64,000 nt of DNA from Spirochaetia bacterium (lineage in GTDB: Bacteria > Spirochaetota > Spirochaetia > CAKZLE01), in assembly GCA_021736385.1 (NCBI GenBank), contig JAIPFY010000001.1, forward strand, positions 9,457 through 73,456, written 5' to 3'. Positions 56,251 to 64,000 of the stretch are shown piece after piece. The notes under the pieces are model-generated. The model saw nothing but the letters and a program-made list of their open reading frames with translations. It was not told the DNA's origin and did no database searches. A program made the position numbers and the translations under genes. The stretch's first letter is position 1, and each line of letters starts with the position of its first letter.

Positions 56251-57213
56251 TCAGGCTCTGGCAGCTTCCATGAAAGCTGTCACATTCTCCTCAGGTGTGG
56301 CGAGGGGAAGATCACAGCCGGAGCTGAGGATCACATTGTCATGTCCCTGAAGCCGCTGCCTGAGATCAGCTACCATCTGTCTCACCTCTTGTGGGGTGGA
56401 ACTCAAGAAGCACCTGACCGGATCAAGATTGCCTATCAGTGCTACATCCTTCGGGATCCTCTCAAGACATGCCGCCATATCGACCTGCCAGTCGATGCTC
56501 AACCCGGCTGCCCCGGTAGCTCCCATCGCCTCGATCAGGTGTGTGGTATCACCGCAGATATGGAGGATCAGCGGCTTGTCCCCTGTCTGTGAGAGGATCT
56601 GCCTGAAGGGTGCAGCTGAGAACTCTTCGAACTGGCTCGGGGAGATCATCATGGCAGTCGGTTCCAGGACGGAGACCACATCGGCACCGGCATCGAACAG
56701 GGCTTGAGTATAGGCAGTGATCACTTCGACCGAAAGCTCGAGGCAGGCATGCACCAGGGAAGGATCGAGGATGGTGTTCATCGTCAGGTCATTGACACCC
56801 ATGAGCTCCCCTGCAAGGGTGAACGGACCGATGACGTGAGCTCCTATGATGATATCGCAGGCAGAGGAGAGCCTTCTGACCACATCGACGAAGACCGGCA
56901 TCCTGCCGCACAGGCCGTTCCACTGCGCCCGTACCCGTGCGATATCATCAAGATCGGCAACACTGTGTACCAGGACTGCCGGGGTCTCCTGTTCCTCCTG
57001 AGAGATCTGCATCCCCAGCGCTTCAGCCTCCACGGTAAGATCCATCATGGTAAAGATCCCGTCCGGCTGGTACCGCTCGATGAGAGTGCTCAAGGTGTCG
57101 AACTGGGTCTGTGCATCGGTCAGATTCTCTCTCACGGTGGTCCCGGTATGGGGGATCCCATTGACCCCCATGAGCGGGATGACCAGATCCTTCTTGTTCA
57201 GCAGCACATTCAT
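56251..57213 (-). CDS. Uroporphyrinogen decarboxylase (URO-D)-family protein (MtaA-like), second copy in window
   Basis: Start placed at MNVLLNKKDLVIPLMG (AGGAGGAG RBS). TIM-barrel URO-D-like sequence (PLILHICGDTTHLIEAMGATG). Confidence 0.6.
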   Translation of the reverse strand: MNVLLNKKDLVIPLMGVNGIPHTGTTVRENLTDAQTQFDTLSTLIERYQPDGIFTMMDLTVEAEALGMQISQEEQETPAVLVHSVADLDDIARVRAQWNGLCGRMPVFVDVVRRLSSACDIIIGAHVIGPFTLAGELMGVNDLTMNTILDPSLVHACLELSVEVITAYTQALFDAGADVVSVLEPTAMMISPSQFEEFSAAPFRQILSQTGDKPLILHICGDTTHLIEAMGATGAAGLSIDWQVDMAACLERIPKDVALIGNLDPVRCFLSSTPQEVRQMVADLRQRLQGHDNVILSSGCDLPLATPEENVTAFMEAARA

Positions 57214-57540
57214 GGCTTCACTCCTCCTGTTATTGTCATATGCCAATAGTATACGACACTTCTTCAGCGAAGTTTATCCGTATCATTCACGTTATTGGAT
57301 TATCTTATGATATTCACAGGAAAGAGAGCCGCCGCAGCACCTTCAGAGGAGTGATGGCAAGAAGTGTCATCCAGGCAGGGCAGTACCACCTCGCAGGAGG
57401 AAGGACCAAGGGACCCATTGAGGGGAGTGGTCGGAGGCACAGACCCCGTCATACCGCAGCTGAGAGGACCACTCTAGCGACAGATCTTCCCATGCATCCT
57501 CTCACCTGTCCCGCGCTCATAGCAACGCTGATCCGACCTC

Positions 57541-60500
57541 TCAGGCCTCCAGGGCAGATCGTATCTGGCTGAGCAGATCATGGGAGGTATAGGGTTTCTG
57601 CAGCAGTCTCAGCCCCTCATTGAGTACGAAGTTCGTATGTACGGCGTGTTCGCTGTATCCGGTAGCGAAGATGACCGGGACGTCTGCCCGTATACGGCAG
57701 ATATGCTCATAGGCCTCTTCACCTCCCATCCCCGGCATCATGACATCCAGCAGGAGCAGAGAGACGGTATCAGTGTGCTGTTCGAAGAGCAGGAGGGCCT
57801 CCTCCCCGTCGTTTGCCAGCAGCACCGTATACCCTGCCCGCTCCAGGATCCTGAGGACCAGACGCTGCACACCGGCATCATCTTCAGCCACCAGGATCGT
57901 CTCACTGCCCCCTGCGGCCGCCTCAACAGAAGGCTGTTCTGATGACTCGGTCATCTGTTCACTTCTGGGGTAGAAGGTATTGATCACCGTCCCCTTCCCC
58001 GGTTCACTGTATGCACTGATCACCCCGTCATGCTGCTTGACGATCCCGTAGACCGTCGAGAGGCCCAGCCCCGTCCCCTGATCGGCACTCTTCGTGGTAA
58101 AGAACGGCTCAAAGATCTGTTCCCTGATCTCCTCGGTCATACCGATACCGTTATCAGAGATCGAGAGACGGACGAAGTCCCCCGGCTTTGCCCAGGGATG
58201 GACAGCACAGAAATCCTGATCGATCGTGACATTGGAAGTCTCGATCGTGATGATCCCGCCTGTGGTGATGGCATCCCGTGCGTTCACGCAGAGATTCACC
58301 AGGACCTGCTCCATCATACTGATGTCGGCATCGATCGTACCAAGATCTGCAGAGGGGTACCACTCAAGGCTAATATGTTCACCGATGACCCGGGTAAGCA
58401 TGTTCTTCAGATTCTCGATGACCACATTGAGATCCAGCGGCTGAGGCTTGAGGATCTGACGCCGACTGAAGGTGAGCAGCTGTCTGGTCAGAGCAGAAGC
58501 CCGTTCTCCGCAGGCATAGATCTCTGTCAGCCCCTCGGTGAGCTCCCCTGCAGGAGGTGCATCAAGCATCAGCAGCTGCGTATACCCCATGATCGCCTGC
58601 AGGATGTTGTTGAAATCATGTGCGATCCCGCCTGCCAGCTGTCCGACCGCTTCCATCTTCTGGGACTGCCTGAGCTGGGCACTGAGAGCGTGCTGACGTG
58701 CTTCGTACTGTTTCTCCTGTACCAGCAGCCCGATGAGTCGTGCGGTATCTGCAAGGCGTCTCTTTGCCATGGCTATGATGTAGGGAGGACGTGATGCATA
58801 GGCTGCAGCTTCCCTGAAGACATCGTTCCTGTCGATGCCGTACCGCTGAGCGATCACGATCTGCTCACTCTGCAGCACAGGAGGGTCTCCGTACCCGAAG
58901 TTGATCGCACCGATGACCTGTCCTTCGCTGAAGATCGGCAGGGCATAGAGGTGCAGCCCGCCGCTGCAGATGATGTCGACCGGCCCTTCGGTCTCTATCG
59001 CCCGCTTCGAGCAGTCATTCCAGCATGATTCATGACAGAGCCACTTGCCCGAGAGCAGAGCAGCACGATTGTCATCGGTATCACAGAGCTCCCGGGAGGC
59101 CTGATCGGCCATCCGGCACCAGCCGGATTCGAAGATGCCCATGGCATAGTCCCCATTGAGTTCATAGATCGCAGAGGAGGTTCCCAGCAGATCCATATAG
59201 TCTGCAGCAAGGTTCCTCAGAGTCTCTCTGTCGATACTGTGTCGGATCAGACCCGACTCATTGAGTTCCGTCAGATCCCCGTAGCCCTGATCACGATCAC
59301 TCGTCACATGGGCAAGATCACCCGGCAGCTGGGGAGAGAGCATCCATGCTATCCGTTTGAGTTCATCCTGCGTGCTCCGGTGTTCTGTCTCCCGCCATAC
59401 CGACTCCATCAGCAGCTGCAGCTGCAGCAGATCCTCCTGCCCATAGGGATCCTGTCTGTTGGCTACGCCCACCACCGCCACTATCTGCTCATCAATGATG
59501 ACCGGGGCGGTCATATAGCGGGAGAGCTGCACGTGACCTTCTGGGATCCCCTTCTTCAAGGGGTTCTCTGCTCCATAGTCGTTCACGATGAAGGCTTTGC
59601 GCTGACGCACCGCCTCCCCCCACAATCCTGTGTGCTTCAGGTCATAGCGGGTCTTGGGGTCAAGCACTTCACACTCTTCCATGACCTTTCCTGACCAGGT
59701 ATCGAGAACGAACTCTTCCCGGTCTTCATGGTAGTAGTAGATATAGCCGATGGTACTCTCTGTCAGCTCTATCGCTTCCTCAAGGGCGAACTTGAGGAAC
59801 TCTCTCGTGGTCCTGGCAGGATGTTCGAGGATTCGTACCAGAGTCTGCAGACGCTGCTCGTTCTTCGCTTGAGAGGCCTCAAGTGCGATCCTCTCAGAGA
59901 CATCACGGATGATCCCCCCGAGATTGAACTTCCCTGATTCAAGCTGCATGGTGAATTTCGTGGATTCGAAGATCCCCTGTCCATCTCGTTCGAGCGCCAC
60001 CACCGCAGAGGGGCTGCTCATGGCCTCAAGATCGGTCTTCCTGCATGCATCGGCGAACACGGGATCGAAGATCTCGTAGTCGGTCTTCCCGATGACTTCA
60101 CTTCGCTCTTTTCCCAGGAACTGGAGCAGTGCATCATTGGCGATGGTGTATCGAAGCTGCTCATCCTTGACGAAGATAAGATCACCATGGGTATTAATGA
60201 ACTCATCATACAGGCGTTCACTGGCAAGCAGCTTCTTCCTGCTGATGTCTGCCTGCAGCGCAAGAGTCAACAGGTTCGCTATCCCGTCGGTGATCGTCCG
60301 TTCATGTTCATGGTAGCCATCGGCGCTGCCGATGAGACAGATCACCCCTATGTTCAGACCTGAAGCATGGAGCGGGACTATCAGGAGAGATCCATCGTTC
60401 TTCAGGCCTCCCTGAACCTCTGTCCGTACCTCTGCAGCCTGCCTGCAGACCGGCGTACCCGATGCGAGTACCGAATCGATATGAGGGAGCAGACCGGGAG

Positions 60501-61497
60501 GGACCTGTGAGCTCCCGGTGCGGTCGCGACCGGGAAGATCACTGAAGAGCAGCACCGGAGGCTCATCTCCTGCATGCCGTATCAGTATGAACCCTGATGC
60601 AGAAGCAGTGAGATCTTTGACGATGCGGTAGAGCGACTGTGCGGTCTGTTCGATCTCCCCTGCCATCAGGACCGCCTGTGCCCCCTCATGGAGTGCCGCA
60701 AGTTCCTGATTCTTCTGATGCTCCCGCTGCAGCAGTTCCTGCAGCTGCGCCTCTTCCCATTTTCGTTCGGTGATGTCAGAGAAGACGGTGGTGAACACAC
60801 CCCGTTCGGGAGAGGAGGCTGTGATACTGAGATACTTCTGTGCAGGGGCAAAGAAGGATTCGAAGGAACGTGCGATACCGGTCTCTGCCACCTCCCGGTA
60901 GATATCGAGGAACGGGGCCTCTGCCAGGCCATACGCCTCGCTCGCAGGCCGTCCGATGACAGAATCCCTCTGCAGACCGAGGATCCGCTCGAATCCCGGA
61001 TTGATATCGATGATACGGTAATCGACTGCTGTGCCCTCATCATCATAGATGATCCGATCAAGACAGATGGCACTGTCAGTATGCTCGAAGATCGATCGGT
61101 ACCGATCGAGTTCCTCATCACTGCAGTGGTGTTTTACGATCTTCACAGCAGTACCTGTCGCACCGATGAGTCTCCCCTGTGCATCATACAGCGGTCCGAA
61201 ACTCTCCTGATAGACATCTCTGCCATAGTGCTGCACCAGGGTACTGCAGGTACCTTCGAGAGCGGTTCTCAGGGCAGTCCGTGTGCCTCTGCCGCAGTTC
61301 TCATCGGGGATGATGCGAAGCAGGTCTTCCCCTGCTACAGGGGCATACCCATAGTGCTTCTCGACAAAAGCTCGATAGAGGGGATTGAGATAGGTATAGC
61401 AGCAGTCATGATCGACTGCATACAGCTGCTGTTGAGTCAGACTCTCTATGATAGCTCTATGAGGATCCTGTACATGCATGTCGTCTTCTTTCTTCAT
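57541..61497 (-). CDS. Large multi-sensor hybrid histidine kinase (multiple PAS/GAF domains + HisKA + HATPase + C-terminal REC)
   Basis: 1318 aa with repeated PAS-like segments and GAF-like regions. H-box region GGIAHDFNNILQAIMGY, HATPase motifs (DNGIGM, GTGLGLSTV), and a C-terminal receiver (ILVAEDDAGVQRLVLRILERAGYTV...LLDVMMPGMGG). Confidence 0.85.
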   Translation of the reverse strand: MKKEDDMHVQDPHRAIIESLTQQQLYAVDHDCCYTYLNPLYRAFVEKHYGYAPVAGEDLLRIIPDENCGRGTRTALRTALEGTCSTLVQHYGRDVYQESFGPLYDAQGRLIGATGTAVKIVKHHCSDEELDRYRSIFEHTDSAICLDRIIYDDEGTAVDYRIIDINPGFERILGLQRDSVIGRPASEAYGLAEAPFLDIYREVAETGIARSFESFFAPAQKYLSITASSPERGVFTTVFSDITERKWEEAQLQELLQREHQKNQELAALHEGAQAVLMAGEIEQTAQSLYRIVKDLTASASGFILIRHAGDEPPVLLFSDLPGRDRTGSSQVPPGLLPHIDSVLASGTPVCRQAAEVRTEVQGGLKNDGSLLIVPLHASGLNIGVICLIGSADGYHEHERTITDGIANLLTLALQADISRKKLLASERLYDEFINTHGDLIFVKDEQLRYTIANDALLQFLGKERSEVIGKTDYEIFDPVFADACRKTDLEAMSSPSAVVALERDGQGIFESTKFTMQLESGKFNLGGIIRDVSERIALEASQAKNEQRLQTLVRILEHPARTTREFLKFALEEAIELTESTIGYIYYYHEDREEFVLDTWSGKVMEECEVLDPKTRYDLKHTGLWGEAVRQRKAFIVNDYGAENPLKKGIPEGHVQLSRYMTAPVIIDEQIVAVVGVANRQDPYGQEDLLQLQLLMESVWRETEHRSTQDELKRIAWMLSPQLPGDLAHVTSDRDQGYGDLTELNESGLIRHSIDRETLRNLAADYMDLLGTSSAIYELNGDYAMGIFESGWCRMADQASRELCDTDDNRAALLSGKWLCHESCWNDCSKRAIETEGPVDIICSGGLHLYALPIFSEGQVIGAINFGYGDPPVLQSEQIVIAQRYGIDRNDVFREAAAYASRPPYIIAMAKRRLADTARLIGLLVQEKQYEARQHALSAQLRQSQKMEAVGQLAGGIAHDFNNILQAIMGYTQLLMLDAPPAGELTEGLTEIYACGERASALTRQLLTFSRRQILKPQPLDLNVVIENLKNMLTRVIGEHISLEWYPSADLGTIDADISMMEQVLVNLCVNARDAITTGGIITIETSNVTIDQDFCAVHPWAKPGDFVRLSISDNGIGMTEEIREQIFEPFFTTKSADQGTGLGLSTVYGIVKQHDGVISAYSEPGKGTVINTFYPRSEQMTESSEQPSVEAAAGGSETILVAEDDAGVQRLVLRILERAGYTVLLANDGEEALLLFEQHTDTVSLLLLDVMMPGMGGEEAYEHICRIRADVPVIFATGYSEHAVHTNFVLNEGLRLLQKPYTSHDLLSQIRSALEA

Positions 61498-61722
61498 TGG
61501 TACACCCTGCTGCAGTGAGGAAATCCTTCCTCATTCGTGATTCATCTACCGATCAGTATACCATAAGATACTACCTGATAACAAAAAACAAATAAACAGG
61601 GAAGTCGGTGTTTCAGTGATTATCTGGGACTCAGCACCCGGGCTGTGTCAGTACAGGCGAGGATACGGGCATCAACATGCCCGAACGGTGCAGCCAGAAG
61701 GGGTACACCTCAGCAGGTCCTC

Positions 61723-62808
61723 TTACCGGGAGTCACTGGTCTCATGCAGTTCTTTGGTATACATCTGACGGTAGATATCAAGGGCGGTGATCACGATCGA
61801 AGCGAGGACCGGGCCCACGAGGATCCCGGAGGCACCGAAGAGGCTGAGTCCTCCCAGGATACTGATCAGGATCAGCAGGTCGGGAAGTTTCGCATCCCTG
61901 CCCACGACGATCGGCCTGAGGATGTTGTCGACCAGACCGACGACCAGAGTACCCCAGAGGGTCAGGGCTACAGCGGCGCCGATACGGCCGCTGCTGAACA
62001 GGTAGACAGCTGCAGGTATCCAGATCAGAGGGGCACCGATCCCGGGGATCGCTGAGAGGATCACGACGACCGCTCCCCAGAAGACCGCTCCTTCGATGCC
62101 GGCAAGAGCGAACGGGATGGCGATCAGGACCCCCTGCAGCAGGCCGATGACCAGGATCCCCTTCAGAGATGCTCGGATGACGGTGAACCCCCGATCGAAC
62201 AGCCGCCTGCTGTCCTGGTGCCTGAGCGGGAGATAGGTATACAGGTTGCCGATCGCATCCCTGCCGTAGGCAAGAAAGTAGTACATGGCATAGAGAAAGA
62301 CAAATGCACTGAGGGTGAAGGAGAGCGTACCCTTGGTCAGATCGGGAATACTGTTGACGATCAGATTGCCCAGAGAGGCGATGAGACCCTCTACCTGCTG
62401 TCCGATGGTCTGGCTGTAGGGTTCGATCCATTCCATGAACGGCAGCAGTTCGGTGATGGCGGGAATGAGAGACAGCTCCCCGCTGAACTGCTGACTCACC
62501 CAGGGAGCGACAGCGGTTCCCACCTTGAGGGCCTGCTGCACCACCACGGCGAACAGGCCGATCAGCGGCAGTCCGACCACCAGGATGGCCAGGAGGACCA
62601 GCAGCGCGGCTGCGAGCTGCTTCTTGCCCTTGAAGGCCCGGGTGAGCCGAAGCTGGAGGGGCATCAGCAGTGCTGAGAAGATGATGGCCATCAGGACCGT
62701 GAGGATGAAACTCCTGACCATGAAGAGGAAGACGGCGATGGCAAGAAGCACCAGCGCGATAATGAACTGTCTGCCGATCGTACTGCCTGTTGATTCATCA
62801 GCTGCCAT
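61723..62808 (-). CDS. AI-2E family transporter (PerM/UPF0118)
   Basis: 361 aa, 8-TM pattern with typical family segments (GAVVVILSAIPGIGAPLIWIPAAVYL; VDNILRPIVVGRDAKLPDLLILISILGG). Confidence 0.8.
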   Translation of the reverse strand: MAADESTGSTIGRQFIIALVLLAIAVFLFMVRSFILTVLMAIIFSALLMPLQLRLTRAFKGKKQLAAALLVLLAILVVGLPLIGLFAVVVQQALKVGTAVAPWVSQQFSGELSLIPAITELLPFMEWIEPYSQTIGQQVEGLIASLGNLIVNSIPDLTKGTLSFTLSAFVFLYAMYYFLAYGRDAIGNLYTYLPLRHQDSRRLFDRGFTVIRASLKGILVIGLLQGVLIAIPFALAGIEGAVFWGAVVVILSAIPGIGAPLIWIPAAVYLFSSGRIGAAVALTLWGTLVVGLVDNILRPIVVGRDAKLPDLLILISILGGLSLFGASGILVGPVLASIVITALDIYRQMYTKELHETSDSR

Positions 62809-62881
62809 GGAGGCCCCCTTCTAGACTGCCGGATACCCTACTGTAGCATGGTATCCGGGTTTAGGGAACGCTTACATGGCA

Positions 62882-63886
62882 TCAGGGCAGATCAAGACTG
62901 AGATCCACCCCACCGGTGATCGAGAACCCCGGGCTGGCAGTACTGGAAAGAGCATCCTGTACGAACAGGGTCCCTTCTCCGTAGAGGAACACCCGCTGCG
63001 AGGGGTATGCATCGATCCTGACCGTACCACTCACGTCGGTATGATCACTACCGTCGTTGATCATATGCTCCTGCATCAGGGAGGGAGAGAACGAGAATGA
63101 CAGACTCCGCTTCGGACTCCAGAGAACGGTCCCTTCGATCCTCCCGGTAAGACTGCTGTTCTGCAGATCAGAGGAACTGCGGTAGAGCATGCCTCCTGTG
63201 AGCTCCCAGGATACGAAGTACCCGGCAAGCCCGAACAGGCTGCACTGTACCTCCGAGATGCTATCGGACCGGTCCTGCTGCTGCCACCGTTCGATACCGA
63301 CATGCACCGAGGGTTCCCAGGTCAGTTCGATCCGGGGACTGCGAGTCAGGCCGGCACTCACCCCGTTGTAGTAGCGATCATCAGCACCTTCGCTCTGATA
63401 CACATAGTATCCTTCATAGGCAAAGAACGGGTTCACCGCCCTTGGTCCTCTATCGAAACGGTACTTGATCTGCCACTGAGGTTCGATATATAAACCTGAT
63501 GTCCCGTCACCGGTTACCGATGTCGATACTGAAGAGAACAGGTCAAGGTATCCGTCAGACAGCGGCGAGGAGAACTCAAGCTCAACATACTCTGTATCAT
63601 ACAGTGATGAGAGATCAGCTGACCCGGTGAGGGCAGCTGTAGCCTTGAGTGCTGCATAGCTGTTGTACGGAAGTGCGGTCCGCCAGCTCACCACGCCGTA
63701 GAGGCCGAGATCCAGAGATTCGCTCAGGTCCTCCTCCCGTTCCATGAGATACTCGCTGTATACTCCTGCAACGATCGACGGGTCTGCCCCGAAGAGCACG
63801 CCCGAGCCTGATGCGGCAATGTACAGCAGGAACACTGCTGCCTGCAGGAAAAGCCGTCTGTGTCTGTTCCATGATCGCATGAACAT
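62882..63886 (-). CDS. Secreted/outer-membrane hypothetical protein (signal peptide; Ser/Tyr/Gly-rich, beta-rich composition)
   Basis: Start chosen at the ATG at 63886 with AAGGAG RBS (the ORF-track start is TTG). Signal peptide MFMRSWNRHRRLFLQAAVFLLYIAASGSG, and no known domain recognised. Confidence 0.5.
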   Translation of the reverse strand: MFMRSWNRHRRLFLQAAVFLLYIAASGSGVLFGADPSIVAGVYSEYLMEREEDLSESLDLGLYGVVSWRTALPYNSYAALKATAALTGSADLSSLYDTEYVELEFSSPLSDGYLDLFSSVSTSVTGDGTSGLYIEPQWQIKYRFDRGPRAVNPFFAYEGYYVYQSEGADDRYYNGVSAGLTRSPRIELTWEPSVHVGIERWQQQDRSDSISEVQCSLFGLAGYFVSWELTGGMLYRSSSDLQNSSLTGRIEGTVLWSPKRSLSFSFSPSLMQEHMINDGSDHTDVSGTVRIDAYPSQRVFLYGEGTLFVQDALSSTASPGFSITGGVDLSLDLP

Positions 63887-63912
63887 CGATATGCTCCTTC
63901 TGATCGTACTCC

Positions 63913-64000
63913 TCAATAGAGTACGACTCGTTCGAGATCCCTCAGGGATCCGGCCTCTTCTGCCGATGTGATGATCCGCTGCACCATCTGATCCGGTGGT
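63913..64000 (-). CDS. 3' end of an unidentified gene continuing beyond the window (C-terminus ...PPDQMVQRIITSAEEAGSLRDLERVVLY)
   Basis: Open minus-strand frame reaching the window edge with a stop at 63913-63915. Coding-like composition only. Confidence 0.3.
   Translation of the reverse strand, partial: PPDQMVQRIITSAEEAGSLRDLERVVLY

Noticed and set aside
57214-57540. Cobalamin riboswitch upstream of the URO-D/MtaA-like gene
   Set aside because: No B12-box-like sequence could be found by eye; kept only as a low-interest structured-leader finding.
1-64000. CRISPR arrays, rRNA and tRNA genes
   Set aside because: No regularly spaced short direct repeats, no rRNA-like conserved blocks, and no tRNA-like cloverleaf sequences were seen in the intergenic regions.

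Overview
This 64-kb window is dense chromosomal sequence (~50 genes) from a moderately GC-rich, apparently anaerobic and saccharolytic bacterium. I cannot assign a taxon from sequence alone.

Left to right the window contains:
- An Fe3+/thiamine-type ABC transporter (ATPase 5' partial, fused 12-TM permease, binding protein) next to an OmpR-type two-component pair.
- A ~9.3-kb AT-rich (low-GC) island bounded by two copies of a 133-bp direct repeat. It carries decayed transposase genes (IS1634-like and IS5/IS1182-like), a URO-D-family gene, a CUT2 sugar ABC transporter and a GntR regulator.
- A truncated Na+-decarboxylase-like operon: carboxyltransferase plus an OadG-like stub that runs into the repeat.
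- A MarR regulator followed by an all-minus-strand redox cluster: acyl-CoA dehydrogenase 2, EtfB2, EtfA2, family-I CoA-transferase, nitroreductase, acyl-CoA dehydrogenase 1, EtfB1, EtfA1.
- A LytS/LytTR two-component system upstream of a CstA-family transporter.
- A complete Wsp-like chemosensory operon: CheW, CheW, dCache-MCP, CheB, CheR-TPR, CheA-REC, REC-GGDEF.
- A second CUT2 sugar ABC transporter controlled by a binding-protein + YesM-like kinase + YesN-like AraC regulator triad.
- A hypothetical gene tightly coupled to a membrane-anchored LuxR-type regulator.
- A fucose locus: fucI, divergent fucU-lacI-fucO, with tandem palindromic operators between them.
- A DUF1295 membrane protein, a second URO-D-family gene, a 1318-aa multi-PAS/GAF hybrid histidine kinase, an AI-2E family transporter and a secreted hypothetical protein.

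I found no rRNA, tRNA or CRISPR. The ORF tool shows GTG/TTG starts as M, and several starts were re-placed using RBS evidence.

Most interesting candidates: the repeat-bounded low-GC island, the duplicated ACAD-Etf/CoA-transferase/nitroreductase cluster (a possible enoate reductase system), the Wsp-like c-di-GMP chemosensory system with a poly-C tract and LytTR-like direct repeats upstream, and a PIN-like orphan gene at the island edge.
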